Shown: positions 40,801-56,200, numbered from the stretch's first letter. The stretch is 64,000 bases of DNA from Eledone cirrhosa (GCA_964016885.1 OZ024744.1:22444001-22508000); one strand, 5' to 3'. The notes: generated by a model not told the origin, from the letters alone. Made by a program: numbers and translations.

Positions 40801-43800
40801 GGTGGTCAGTTAGGTTGACATAGATAACATAGGTGGGATGTTGTCGTGGTGGTCAATTAGGTTGACATAGATAACATAGGTTGGATGTTGTCGTGGTGGT
40901 CAGTTAGGTTGACATAGATAACATAGAGTGGGATGTTGTCGTGGTGGTCAGTTAGGTTGACATAGATAACATAGGTGGGATGTTGTCGTGGTCAGTTAGG
41001 TTGACTTAGATAACATAGAGTGAGATGTTGTCGTGGTGATCAGTTAGGTTGACATAGATAACATAGAGTGAGATGTTGTCGTGATGGTCAGTTAGGTTGA
41101 CATAGATAACATAGAGTGGTGAGATGTTGTCGTGGTGTTCAGTTAGGTTGACATAGATAACATAGAGTGAGATGTTGTCGTGGTGGTCAGTTAGGTTGAC
41201 ATAGATAACATAGAGCGGGATGTTGTCGTGGTGGTCAGTTATGTTGACATAGAAAACATAGGTGGGATGTTGTCGTCGTGGTCAGTTAGGTTGACATAGA
41301 TAACATAGAGTGAGATGTTGTCGTGGTCATTTAGGTTGACATAGATAACATAGGTGGGATGTTGTCGTGGTGGTCAGTTAGGTTGACATAGATATCATAG
41401 GTGGGATGTTGTCGTGGTGGTCAGTTAGGTTGACATAGATAACATAGGTGGGGTGTTGTCGTGGTGGTCAATTAGGTTGACATAGATAACATACAGTGAG
41501 ATGTTGCCGTGGCGGATAGTTAGGTTGACATAGATAAAATAGGTGGGATGTTGTCGTGGTGGTCAGTTAGGTTGACATTGATAACATAGGTGGGATGTTG
41601 TCGTGGTCAGTTAGCTTGACATAGATAACATAGAGTGAGATGTTGTCGTGGTGGTCAGTTAGGTTGACATAGATAACATATGTGGGATGTTGACGTCGTG
41701 GTCAGTTATGTTGACATATATAACATAGAGTGAGATGTTGTCGTGGTGGTCAGTTAGGTTGACATAGATAACATAGAGTGAGATGTTGTCGTGGTGGTCA
41801 GTTAGGTTGACATAGATAACATAGGTGGGATGTTGTCGTCGTGGTCAGTTAGGTTGACATAGATAACATAGGTGGGATGTTGTCGTGGTGGTCAGTTAGG
41901 TTGACATAGATAACATAGTGTGGGATGTTTTCGTCGTGGTCAGTTAGGTTGACATAGATAACATAGGTGGGATGTTGTCGTGGTCATTTAGGTTGACTTA
42001 GATAACATAGAGTGAGATGTTGTCGTGGTGGTCAGTTAGGTTGATATAGATAACATATAGTGAGATGTTGTCGTGGTGTTCAGTTAGGTTTACATAGATA
42101 ACAATGAGTGAGATGTTGTCGTGGTGGTCAGTTAGTTTGACATAGATAACATAGGTGGGATGTTGTCGTGGTCAGTTAGGTTGACAAAGATAACATAGGT
42201 GGGATGTTGTCGTGGTGGTCAGTTAGGTTGACATAGATAACATAGAGTGGGATGTTGTCGTGGTGGTCAGTTAGGTTGACATAGATAACATAGGTGGGAT
42301 GTTGTTGTGGTCAGTTAGGTTGACTTAGATAACATAGAGTGAGATGTTGTCGTGGTGGTCAGTTAGGTTGACATAGATAACATAGAGTGAGATGTTTTCG
42401 TGGTGGTTAGTTAGGTTGACATAGATAAAATAGGTGGGATGTTGTCGTTGTGGTCAGTTAGGTTGACATTGATAACTTAGGTGGGATGTTGTCGTGGTCA
42501 GTTAGCTTGACATAGATAACATAGAGTGAGATGTTGTCGTGGTGGTCAGTTAGGTTGACATTGATAACATAGAGTGATATGTTGTCGTGGTGTTCAGTTA
42601 GGTTGACATAGATAACATAGAGTGAGATGTTGTCGTGGTGGTCAGTTAGGTTGACATAGATAACATAGGTGGGATGTTGTCGCGGTCAGTTAGGTTGACA
42701 TAGATAACATAGGTGGGATGTTGTCGTCGTGGTCAGTTAGGTTGACATATATAACATAGAGTGAGATGTTGTCGTGGTGGTCAGTTAGGTTGACATAGAT
42801 ATCATAGGTGGGATGTTGTTGTGGTGGTCAGTTAGTTTGACATAGATAACATAGAGTGAGATGTTGTCGTGGTGGTCAGTTAGGTTGACATAGATAACAT
42901 AGGTGGGATGTTGTCGTGGTGGTCAGTTAGGTTGACATAGATAACATAGGTGGGATGTTGTCGTGGTCAGTTAGGTTGACATAGATAACATAGGTGGGAT
43001 GTTGTCGTGGTGGTCAGTTAGGTTGACATAGATAACATAGGTGGGATGTTGTCGTGGTGGTCAATTAGGTTGACATAGATAACATAGGTTGGATGTTGTC
43101 GTGGTGGTCAGTTAGGTTGACATAGATAACATAGAGTGGGATGTTGTCGTGGTGGTCAGTTAGGTTGACATAGATAACATAGGTGGGATGTTGTCGTGGT
43201 CAGTTAGGTTGACTTAGATAACATAGAGTGAGATGTTGTCGTGGTGATCAGTTAGGTTGACATAGATAACATAGAGTGAGATGTTGTCGTGATGGTCAGT
43301 TAGGTTGACATAGATAACATAGAGTGAGATGTTGTCGTGGTGTTCAGTTAGGTTGACATAGATAACATAGAGTGAGATGTTGTCGTGGTGGTCAGTTAGG
43401 TTGACATAGATAACATAGAGCGGGATGTTGTCGTGGTGGTCAGTTAGGTTGACATAGAAAACATAGGTGGGATGTTGTCGTCGTGGTCAGTTAGGTTGAC
43501 ATAGATAACATAGAGTGAGATGTTGTCGTGGTCATTTAGGTTGACATAGATAACATAGGTGGGATGTTGTCGTGGTGGTCAGTTAGGTTGACATAGATAT
43601 CATAGGTGGGATGTTGTCGTGGTGGTCAGTTAGGTTGACATAGATAACATAGGTGGGGTGTTGTCGTGGTGGTCAGTTAGGTTGGCATAGATAACATACA
43701 GTGAGATGTTGCCGTGGCGGATAGTTAGGTTGACATAGATAAAATAGGTGGGATGTTGTCGTGGTGGTCAGTTAGGTTGACATTGATAACATAGGTGGGA

Positions 43801-46800
43801 TGTTGTCGTGGTCAGTTAGCTTGACATAGATAACATAGAGTGAGATGTTGTCGTGGTGGTCAGTTAGGTTGACATAGATAACGTATGTGGGATGTTGACG
43901 TCGTGGTCAGTTATGTTGACATATATAACATAGAGTGAGATGTTGTCGTGGTGGTCAGTTAGGTTGACATAGATAACATAGAGTGAGATGTTGTCGTAGT
44001 GGTCAGTTAGGTTGACATAGATAACATAGGTGGGATGTTGTCGTCGTGGTCAGTTAGGTTGACATAGATAACATAGGTGGGATGTTGTCGTGGTGGTCAG
44101 TTAGGTTGACATAGATAACATAGTGTGGGATGTTTTCGTCGTGGTCAGTTAGGTTGACATAGATAACATAGGTGGGATGTTGTCGTGCTCATTTAGGTTG
44201 ACTTAGATAACATAGAGTGAGATGTTGTCGTGGTGGTCAGTTAGGTTGATATAGATAACATATAGTGAGATGTTGTCGTGGTGTTCAGTTAGGTTTACAT
44301 AGATAACAATGAGCGAGATGTTGTCGTGGTGGTCAGTTAGTTTGACATAGATAACATAGGTGGGATGTTGTCGTGGTCAGTTAGGTTGACAAAGATAACA
44401 TAGGTGGGATGTTGTCGTGGTGGTCAGTTAGGTTGACATAGATAACATAGAGTGGGATGTTGTCGCGGTGGTCAGTTAGGTTGACATAGATAACATAGGT
44501 GGGATGTTGTTGTGGTCAGTTAGGTTGACTTAGATAACATAGAGTGAGATGTTGTCGTGGTGGTCAGTTAGGTTGACATAGATAACATAGAGTGAGATGT
44601 TTTCGTGGTGGTTAGTTAGGTTGACATAGATAAAATAGGTGGGATGTTGTCGTGGTGGTCAGTTAGGTTGACATAGATAACATAGGTGGGATGTTGTCGT
44701 GGTCAGTTAGGTTGACTTAGATAACATAGAGTGAGATGTTGTCGTGGTGGTCAGTTAGGTTGACATAGATAACATAGAGTGAGATGTTTTCGTGGTGGTT
44801 AGTTAGGTTGACATAGATAAAATAGGTGGGATGTTGTCGTGGTGGTCAGTTAGGTTGACATTGATAACTTATGTGGGATGTTGTCGTGGTCAGTTAGCTT
44901 GACATAGATAACATAGAGTGAGATGTTGTCGTGGTGGTCAGTTAGGTTGACATTGATAACATAGAGTGATATGTTGTCGTGGTGTTCAGTTAGGTTGACG
45001 TAGATAACATAGAGTGAGATGTTGTCGTGGTGGTCAGTTAGGTTGACATAGATAACATAGGTGGGATGTTGTCGTGGTCAGTTAGGTTGACATAGATAAC
45101 ATAGGTGGGATGTTGTCGTCGTGGTCAGTTAGGTTGACATATATAACATAGAGTGAGATGTTGTCGTGGTGGTCAGTTAGGTTGACATAGATATCATAGG
45201 TGGGATGTTGTTGTGGTGGTCAGTTAGTTTGACATAGATAACATAGAGTGAGATGTTGTCGTGGTGGTCAGTTAGGTTGACATAGATAACATAGGTGGGA
45301 TGTTGTCGTGGTGGTCAGTTAGGTTGACATAGATAACATAGGTGGGATGTTGTCGTGGTCAGTTAGGTTGACATAGATAACATAGGTGGGATGTTGTCGT
45401 GGTGGTCAGTTAGGTTGACATAGATAACATAGGTGGGATGTTGTCGTGGTGGTCAATTAGGTTGACATAGATAACATAGGTTGGATGTTGTCGTGGTGGT
45501 CAGTTAGGTTGACATAGATAACATAGAGTGGGATGTTGTCGTGGTGGTCAGTTAGGTTGACATAGATAACATAGGTGGGATGTTGTCGTGGTCAGTTAGG
45601 TTGACTTAGATAACATAGAGTGAGATGTTGTCGTGGTGATCAGTTAGGTTGACATAGATAACATAGAGTGAGATGTTGTCGTGATGGTCAGTTAGGTTGA
45701 CATAGATAACATAGAGTGGTGAGATGTTGTCGTGGTGTTCAGTTAGGTTGACATAGATAACATAGAGTGAGATGTTGTCGTGGTGGTCAGTTAGGTTGAC
45801 ATAGATAACATAGAGCGGGATGTTGTCGTGGTGGTCAGTTATGTTGACATAGAAAACATAGGTGGGATGTTGTCGTCGTGGTCAGTTAGGTTGACATAGA
45901 TAACATAGAGTGAGATGTTGTCGTGGTCATTTAGGTTGACATAGATAACATAGGTGGGATGTTGTCGTGGTGGTCAGTTAGGTTGACATAGATATCATAG
46001 GTGGGATGTTGTCGTGGTGGTCAGTTAGGTTGACATAGATAACATAGGTGGGGTGTTGTCGTGGTGGTCAATTAGGTTGACATAGATAACATACAGTGAG
46101 ATGTTGCCGTGGCGGATAGTTAGGTTGACATAGATAAAATAGGTGGGATGTTGTCGTGGTGGTCAGTTAGGTTGACATTGATAACATAGGTGGGATGTTG
46201 TCGTGGTCAGTTAGCTTGACATAGATAACATAGAGTGAGATGTTGTCGTGGTGGTCAGTTAGGTTGACATAGATAACATATGTGGGATGTTGACGTCGTG
46301 GTCAGTTATGTTGACATATATAACATAGAGTGAGATGTTGTCGTGGTGGTCAGTTAGGTTGACATAGATAACATAGAGTGAGATGTTGTCGTGGTGGTCA
46401 GTTAGGTTGACATAGATAACATAGGTGGGATGTTGTCGTCGTGGTCAGTTAGGTTGACATAGATAACATAGGTGGGATGTTGTCGTGGTGGTCAGTTAGG
46501 TTGACATAGATAACATAGTGTGGGATGTTTTCGTCGTGGTCAGTTAGGTTGACATAGATAACATAGGTGGGATGTTGTCGTGGTCATTTAGGTTGACTTA
46601 GATAACATAGAGTGAGATGTTGTCGTGGTGGTCAGTTAGGTTGATATAGATAACATATAGTGAGATGTTGTCGTGGTGTTCAGTTAGGTTTACATAGATA
46701 ACAATGAGTGAGATGTTGTCGTGGTGGTCAGTTAGTTTGACATAGATAACATAGGTGGGATGTTGTCGTGGTCAGTTAGGTTGACAAAGATAACATAGGT

Positions 46801-47240
46801 GGGATGTTGTCGTGGTGGTCAGTTAGGTTGACATAGATAACATAGAGTGGGATGTTGTCGTGGTGGTCAGTTAGGTTGACATAGATAACATAGGTGGGAT
46901 GTTGTTGTGGTCAGTTAGGTTGACTTAGATAACATAGAGTGAGATGTTGTCGTGGTGGTCAGTTAGGTTGACATAGATAACATAGAGTGAGATGTTTTCG
47001 TGGTGGTTAGTTAGGTTGACATAGATAAAATAGGTGGGATGTTGTCGTTGTGGTCAGTTAGGTTGACATTGATAACTTAGGTGGGATGTTGTCGTGGTCA
47101 GTTAGCTTGACATAGATAACATAGAGTGAGATGTTGTCGTGGTGGTCAGTTAGGTTGACATTGATAACATAGAGTGATATGTTGTCGTGGTGTTCAGTTA
47201 GGTTGACATAGATAACATAGAGTGAGATGTTGTCGTGGTG
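37900..47240 (+). repeat. Two tandem copies of a 4,600-bp super-unit made of 2,205-bp and 2,395-bp sub-HORs
   Basis: GTTGGCATAG occurs at 39081 and 43681, and ATAGAGTGGT at 41111 and 45711 (both offset 4600). GCCGTGGCGGATAG occurs at 39111, 41506, 43711, 46106 and 48310 (offsets 2395, 2205, 2395, 2204). Confidence 0.9.
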
Positions 47241-50200
47241 GTCAGTTAGTTTGACATAGATAACATAGGTGGGATGTTGTCGTGGTGGTCAGTTAGGTTG
47301 ACATAGATAACATAGGTGGGATGTTGTCGTGGTCAGTTAGGTTGGCATAGATAACATAGGTGGGATATTGTCGTCGTGGTCAGTTAGGTTGACATATATA
47401 ACATAGAGTGAGATGTTGTCGTGGTGGTCAGTTAGGTTGACATAGATATCATAGGTGGGATGTTGTTGTGGTGGTCAGTTAGTTTGACATAGATAACATA
47501 GAGTGAGATGTTGTCGTGGTGGTCAGTTAGGTTGACATAGATAACATAGGTGGGATGTTGTTGTGGTGGTCAGTTAGGTTGACATAGATAACATAGGTGG
47601 GATGTTGTCGTGGTCAGGTAGGTTGACATAGATAACATAGGTGGGATGTTGTCGTGGTGGTCAGTTAGGTTGACATAGATAACATAGGTGGGATGTTGTC
47701 GTGGTGGTCAATTAGGTTGACATAGATAACATAGGTTGGATGTTGTCGTGGTGGTCAGTTAGTTTGACATAGATAACATAGAGTGGGATGTTGTCGTGGT
47801 GGTCAGTTAGGTTGACATAGATAACATAGGTGGGATGTTGTCGTGGTCAGTTAGGTTGACTTAGATAACATAGAGTGAGATGTTGTCGTGGTGATCAGTT
47901 AGGTTGACATAGATAACATAGAGTGAGATGTTGTCGTGGTGGTCAGTTAGGTTGACATAGATAACATAGAGTGAGATGTTGTCGTGGTGTTCAGTTAGGT
48001 TGACATAGATAACATAGAGTGAGATGTTGTCGTGGTGGTCAGTTAGGTTGACATAGAAAACATAGGTGGGATGTTGTCGTCGTGGTCAGTTAGGTTGACA
48101 TAGATAACATAGAGTGAGATGTTGTCGTCGTGGTCAGTTAGGCTGACATAGATAACATAGATGGGATGTTGTCGTGGTCATTTAGATTGACATAGATAAC
48201 ATAGGTGGGATGTTGTCGTGGTGGTCAGTTAGGTTGACATAGATAACATAGGTGGGGTGTTGTCGTGGTGGTCAGTTAGGTTGACATAGATAACATACAG
48301 TGAGATGTTGCCGTGGCGGATAGTTAGGTTGACATAGATAAAATAGGTGGGATGTTGTCGTGGTGGTCAGTTAGGTTGACATTGATAACATAGGTGGGAT
48401 GTTGTCGTGGTCAGTTAGCTTGACATAGATAACATAGAGTGAGATGTTGTCGTGGTGGTCAGTTAGTTTGACATAGATAACATAGAGTGGGATGTTGTCG
48501 TGGTGGTCAGTTAGGTTGACATAGATAACATAGGTTGGATGTTGTCGTTGTGGTCAGTTAGGTTGACATATATATAACATAAAGTGAAATGTTGTCGTGG
48601 TGGTCAGTTAGGTTGACATAGATATCATAGGTGGGATGTTGTCGGGGTGGTCAGTTAGGTTGACATAGATAACATAGAGTGAGATGTTGTCGTGGTGGTG
48701 AGTTAGGTTGACATAGATAACATAGGTGGGATGTTGTCGTGGTGGTCAGTTAGGTTGACATAGATAACATAGGTGGGATGTTGTCGTGGTCAGTTAGGTT
48801 GACATAGATAACATAGGTGTATGTTGTCGTGGTGGTCAGTTAGGTTGACATAGATAACATAGGTGGGATGTTGTCGTGGTGGTCAGTTAGGTTGACGTAG
48901 TTAACATAGAGTGAGATGTTGTCGTGGTGGTCAGTTAGGTTGACATAGATAACATAGGTGGGATGTTGTCGTGGTGGTCAGTTAGGTTTACATAGATAAC
49001 ATAGATAACATAGGTGGGATGTTGTCGTGGTGGTCAGTTAGGTTGACATAGATAACATAGGTGGGGTGTTGTCGTGGTGGTCAGTTAGGTTGACATAGAT
49101 AATATAGAGTGAGATGTTGTCGTGGAGGTTAGTTAGGTTGACATAGATAAAATAGGTGGGATGTTGTCGTGGTGGTCATTTAGGTAGACATTGATAACAT
49201 AGGTGGGATGTTGTCGTGGTCAGTTAGCTTGACATAGATAACATAGAGTGAGATGTTGTCGTGGTGGTCAGTTAGGTTGACATAGATAACGCAGAGTGAG
49301 ATGTTGTCGTGGTGTTCAGTTAGGTTGACATAGATAACATAGAGTGAGATGTTGTCGTGGTGGTCAGTTAGGTTGACATAGATAACATAGAGTGGGATGT
49401 TGTGGTGGTGGTCAGTTAGGTTGACATAGATAACATAGGTGGGATGTTGTCGTGGTCAGTTAGGTTGACATAGATGACATAGGTGTATGTTGTCGTGGTG
49501 GTCAGTTAGGTTGACATAGATAACATAGGTGGGATGTTGTCGTGGTGGTCAGTTAGGTTGACATAGATAACATAGAGTGAGATGTTGTCGTGGTGGTCAG
49601 TTAGGTTGACATAGATAACATAGGTGGGATGTTGTCGTAGTGGTCAGTTAGGTTGACATAGATAACATAGATAACATAGGTGGGATGTTGTCGTGGTGGT
49701 CAGTTAGGTTGACATAGATAACATAGGTGGGGTGTTGTCGTGGTGGTCAGTTAGGTTGACATAGATAACATAGAGTGAGATGTTGTCGTGGCGGTTAGTT
49801 AGGTTGACATAGATAACATAGGTGGGATGTTGTCGTGGGGGTCAGTTAGGTTGACATAGATAACATAGATAACACAGGTGGGATGTTGTCGTGGTGGTCA
49901 GTTAGGTTGACATAGATAACATAGAGTGAGATGTTGTCGTGGCGGTTAGTTAGGTTGACATAGATAAAATAGGTGGGATGTTGACGTGGTGGTCATTTAG
50001 GTTGACATTGATAACATAGGTGGGATGTTGTCGTGGTCAGTTAGCTTGACATAGATAACATAGAGTGAGATGTTGTCGTGGTGGTCAGTTAGGTTGACAT
50101 AGATAACACAGAGTGAGATGTTGTCGTGGTGTTCAGTTAGGTTGACATAGATAACATAGAGTGAGATGTTGTCGTGGTGGTCAGTTAGGTTGACATAGAT

Positions 50201-53200
50201 AACATAGAGTGGGATGTTGTGGTGGTGGTCAGTTAGGTTGACATAGATAACATAGGTGGGATGTTGTCGTCGTGGTCAGTTAGGTTGACATATATAACAT
50301 AGAGTGAGATGTTGTCGTGGTGGTCAGTTAGGTTGACATATATATCATAGGTGGGATGTTGTCGTGGTGGTCAGCTAGGTTGACATAGATAACATAGGTG
50401 GGATGTTGTCGTGGTGGTCAGTTAGGTTGACATAGATAACATAGGTGGGATGTTGTTGTGGTGGTCAGTTAGGTTGACATAGATAACATAGGTGGGATGT
50501 TGTCGTGGTGGTCAGTTAGGTTGACATAGATAACATAGGTGGGATGTTGTCGTGGTGGTCAATTAGGTTGACATAGATAACATAGGTGTGATGTTGTCGT
50601 GGTCATTTAGGTTGACTTAGATAACATAGAGTGAGATGTTTTCGTGGTGGTCAGTTAGGTTGATATAGATAACATAGAGTGAGATGTTGTCGTGGTGGTC
50701 AGTTAGGTTGACATAGATAACATAGAGCGGGATGTTGTCCTGGTGGTCAGTTAGGTTGACATAGATAACATAGGTGGGATGTTGTCGTCGTGGTCAGTTA
50801 GGTTGACATAGATAACATAGAGTGAGATGTTGTCGTGATGGTCAGTTAGGTTGACATAGATAACATAGGTGGGATGTTGTCGTGGTGATCAGTTAGGTTG
50901 ACATATATAACATAGGTGGGATGTTGTCGTGGTCAGTTAGGTTGACATAGATAACATAGGTTGATGTTGTCTTGGTGGTCAGTTAGGTTGACATAGATAA
51001 CATAGGTGGGATGTTGTCGTGGTGGTCAGTTAGGTTGACGTAGATAACATAGAGTGAGATGTTGTCGTGGTGGTCAGTTAGGTTGACATAGATAACATAG
51101 GTGGGATGTTGTCGTGGTGGTCAGTTAGGTTGACATAGATAACATAGATAACATAGGTGGGATGTTGTCGTGGTGGTCAGTTAGGTTGACATAGATAACA
51201 TAGGTGGGGTGTTGTCGTGGTGGTCAGTTAGGTTGACATAGATAACATAGAGTGAGATGTTGTCGTGGCGGTTAGTTAGGTTGACATAGATAAAATAGGT
51301 GGGATGTTGTCGTGGTGGTCATTTAGGTTGACATTGATAACATAGGTGGGATGTTGTCGTGGTCAGTTAGCTTGACATAGATAACATAGAGTGAGATGTT
51401 GTCGTGGTGGTCAGTTAGGTTGACATAGATAACACAGAGTGAGATGTTGTCGTGGTGTTCAGTTAGGTTGACATAGATAACATAGAGTGAGATGTTGTCG
51501 TGGTGGTCAGTTAGGTTGACATAGATAACATAGAGTGGGATGTTGTGGTGGTCAGTTAGGTTGACATAGATAACATAGGTGGGATGTTGTCGTGGTCAGT
51601 TAGGTTGACATAGATGACATAGGTGTATGTTGTCGTGGTGGTCAGTTAGGTTGACATAGATAACATAGGTGGGATGTTGTCGTGGTGGTCAGTTAGGTTG
51701 ACGTAGATAACATAGAGTGAGATGTTGTCGTGGTGGTCAGTTAGGTTGACATAGATAACATAGGTGGGATGTTGTCGTGGGGGTCAGTTAGGTTGACATA
51801 GATAACATAGATAACACAGGTGGGATGTTGTCGTGGTGGTCAGTTAGGTTGACATAGATAACATAGAGTGAGATGTTGTCGTGGCGGTTAGTTAGGTTGA
51901 CATAGATAAAATAGGTGGGATGTTGTCGTGGTGGTCATTTAGGTTGACATTGATAACATAGGTGGGATGTTGTCGTGGTCAGTTAGCTTGACATAGATAA
52001 CATAGAGTGAGATGTTGTCGTGGTGGTCAGTTAGGTTGACATAGATAACACAGAGTGAGATGTTGTCGTGGTGTTCAGTTAGGTTGACATAGATAACATA
52101 GAGTGAGATGTTGTCGTGGTGGTCAGTTAGGTTGACATAGATAATATAGAGTGGGATGTTGTGGTGGTGGTCAGTTAGGTTGACATAGATAACATAGGTG
52201 GGATGTTGTCGTCGTGGTCAGTTAGGTTGACATATATAACATAGAGTGAGATGTTGTCGTGGTGGTCAGTTAGGTTGACATATATATCATAGGTGGGATG
52301 TTGTCGCGGTGGTCAGTTAGGTTGACATAGATAACATAGAGTGAGATGTTGTCGTGGTGGTCAGTTAGGTTGACATAGATAACATAGGTGGGATGTTGTC
52401 GTCGTGGTCAGTTAGGTTGACATATATAACATAGGTGGGATGTTGTCGTGGTCAGTTAGGTTGACATAGATAACATAGGTGTATGTTGTCGTGGTGGTCA
52501 GTTAGGTTGACATAGATAACATAGGTGGGATGTTGTCGTGGTGGTCAGTTAGGTTGACGTAGATAACATAGGTGGGATGTTGTCGTCGTGGTCAGTTAGG
52601 TTGACATATATAACATAGAGTGAGATGTTGTCGTGGTGGTCAGTTAGGTTGACATATATATCATAGGTGGGATGTTGTCGCGGTGGTCAGTTAGGTTGAC
52701 ATAGATAACATAGAGTGAGATGTTGTCGTGGTGGTCAGTTAGGTTGACATAGATAACATAGGTGGGATGTTGTCGTGGTGGTCAGTTAGGTTGACATAGA
52801 TAACATAGGTGGGATGTTGTCGTGGTGGTCAGTTAGGTTGACATAGATAACATAGGTGGGATGTTGTCGTGGTGGTCAGTTAGGTTGACATAGATAACAT
52901 AGAGTGGGATGTTTTCGTCGTGGTCATTTAGGTTGACATAGATAACATAGGTGGGATGTTGTCGTGGTGGTCAGTTAGGTTGACATAGATAACATAGGTG
53001 GGATGTTGTCGTGGTGGTCAGTTAGGTTGACATAGATAACATAGGTGGGATGTTGTCGTGGTCATTTAGGTTGACTTAGATAACATGGAGTGAGATGTTT
53101 TCGTGGTGGTCAGTTAGGTTGATATAGATAACATAGAGTGAGATGTTGTCGTGGTGGTCAGTTAGGTTGACATAGATAACATAGAGCGGGATGTTGTCCT

Positions 53201-56200
53201 GGTGGTCAGTTAGGTTGACATAGATAACATAGGTGGGATGTTGTCGTCGTGGTCAGTTAGGTTGACATAGATAACATAGAGTGAGATGTTGTCGTGATGG
53301 TCAGTTAGGTTGACATAGATAACATAGGTGGGATGTTGTCGTGGTGATCAGTTAGGTTGACATATATAACATAGGTTGGATGTTGTCGTGGTCAGTTAGG
53401 TTGACATAGATAACATAGGTGTATGTTGTCTTGGTGGTCAGTTAGGTTGACATAGATAACATAGGTGGGATGTTGTCGTGGTGGTCAGTTAGCTTGACGT
53501 AGATAACATAGATTGAGATGTTGTCGTGGTGGTCAGTTAGGTTGACATAGATAACATAGGTGTATGTTGTCTTGGTGGTCAGTTAGGTTGACATAGATAA
53601 CATAGGTGGGATGTTGTCGTGGTGGTCAGTTAGGTTGACAAAGATAACATAGGTGGGGTGTTGTCGTGGTGGTCAGTTAGGTTGACTTAGATAACATACA
53701 GTGAGATGTTGTCGTGGCGGTTAGTTAGGTTGACATAGATAAAATAGGTGGGATGTTGTCGTGGTGGTCATTTAGGTTGACATAGATAACATAGGTGGGA
53801 TGTTGTCGTGGTCAGTTAGGTTGACTTAGATAACATAGAGTGAGATGTTGTCGTGGTGGTCAGTTAGGTTGACATAGATAACATAGAGTGAGATGTTTTC
53901 GTGGTGGTTAGTTAGGTTGACATAGATAAAATAGGTGGGATGTTGTCGTGGTGGTCAGTTAGGTTGACATTGATAACATAGGTGGGATGTTGTCGTGGTC
54001 AGTTAGCTTGACATAGATAACATAGAGTGAGATGTTGTCGTGGTGGTCAGTTAGGTTGACATTGATAACATAGAGTGATATGTTGTCGTGGTGTTCAGTT
54101 AGGTTGACATAGATAACATAGAGTGAGATGTTGTCGTGGTGGTCAGTTAGTTTGACATAGATAACATAGGTGGGATGTTGTCGTGGTGGTCAGTTAGGTT
54201 GACATATATAACATAGGTGGGATGTTGTCGTGGTCAGTTAGGTTGACATAGATAACATAGGTGGGATGTTGTCGTCGTGGTCAGTTAGGTTGACATATAT
54301 AACATAGATTGAGATGTTGTCGTGGTGGTCAGTTAGGTTGACATAGATATCATAGGTGGGATGTTGTTGTGGTGGTCAGTTAGTTTGACATAGATAACAT
54401 AGAGTGAGATGTTGTCGTGGTGGTCAGTTAGGTTGACATAGATAACATAGGTGGGATGTTGTCGTGGTGGTCAGTTAGGTTGACATAGATAACATAGGTG
54501 GGATGTTGTCGTGGTCAGTTAGGTTGACATAGATAACATAGGTGGGATGTTGTCGTGGTGGTCAATAAGGTTGACATAGATAACATAGGTGGGATGTTGT
54601 CGTGGTGGTCAATTAGGTTGACATAGATAACATAGGTTGGATGTTGTCGTGGTGGTCAGTTAGGTTGACATAGATAACATAGAGTGGGATGTTGTCGTGG
54701 TGGTCAGTTAGGTTGACATAGATAACATAGGTGGGATGTTGTCGTGGTCAGTTAGGTTGACTTAGATAACATAGAGTGAGATGTTGTCGTGGTGATCAGT
54801 TATGTTGACATAGATAACATAGAGTGAGATGTTGTCGTGGTGGTCAGTTAGGTTGACATAGATAACATAGAGTGAGATGTTGTCGTGGTGTTCAGTTAGG
54901 TTGACATAGATAACATAGAGTGAGATGTTGTCGTGGTGGTCAGTTAGGTTGACATAGATAACATAGAGCGGGATGTTGTCGTGGTGGTCAGTTAGGTTGA
55001 CATAGAAAACATAGGTGGGATGTTGTCGTCGTGGTCAGTTAGGTTGACATAGATAACATAGAGTGAGATGTTGTCGTCGTGGTCAGTTAGGCTGACATAG
55101 ATAACATAGGTGGGATGTTGTCGTGGTCATTTAGGTTGACATAGATAACATAGGTGGGATGTTGTCGTGGTGGTCAGTTAGGTTGACATAGATAACATAG
55201 GTGGGATGTTGTCGTGGTGGTCAGTTAGGTTGACATACATAACATAGGTGGGGTGTTGTCGTGGTGGTCAGTTAGGTTGACATAGATAACATACAGTGAG
55301 ATGTTGTCGTGGCGGATAGTTAGGTTGACATAGATAAAATAGGTGGGATGTTGTCGTGGTGGTCAGTTAGGTTGACATTGATAACATAGGTGGGATGTTG
55401 TCGTGGTCAGTTAGCTTGACTTAGATAACATAGAGTGAGATGTTGTCGTGGTGGTCAGTTAGGTTGATATAGATAACATATTGTGAGATGTTGTCGTGGT
55501 GTTCAGTTAGGTTTACATAGATAACAATGAGTGAGATGTTGTCGTGGTGGTCAGTTAGGTTGACATAGATAACATAGAGTAGGATGTTGTCGTGGTGGTC
55601 AGTTAGGTTGACATAGATAACATAGGTTGGATGTTGTCGTCGTGGTCAATTAGGTTGACATATATATAACATAAAGTGAAATGTTGTCGTGGTGGTCAGT
55701 TAGGTTGACATAGATATCATAGGTGGGATGTTGTCGTGGTGGTCAGTTAGGTTGACATAGATAACATAGAGTGAGATGTTGTCGTGGTGGTGAGTTAGGT
55801 TGACATAGTTAACATAGGTGGGATGTTGTCGTGGTGGTCAGTTAGGTTGACATAGATAACATAGAGTGAGATGTTGTCGTGGCGGTTAGTTAGGTTGACA
55901 TAGATAACATAGGTGGGATGTTGTCGTGGTGGTCAGTTAGGTTGATGTAGATAACATAGAGTGAGGTGTTGTCGTGGTGGTCAGTTAGGTTGACATAGAT
56001 AACATAGGTGGGATGTTGTCGTGGTGGTCAGTTAGGTTGACATAGATAACATAGATAACATAGGTGGGATGTTGTCGTGGTGGTCAGTTAGGTTGACATA
56101 GATAACATAGGTGGGGTGTTGTCGTGGTGGTCAGTTAGGTTAACATAGATAACAAAGAGTGAGATGTTGTCGTGGCGGTTAGTTAGGTTGACATAGATAA

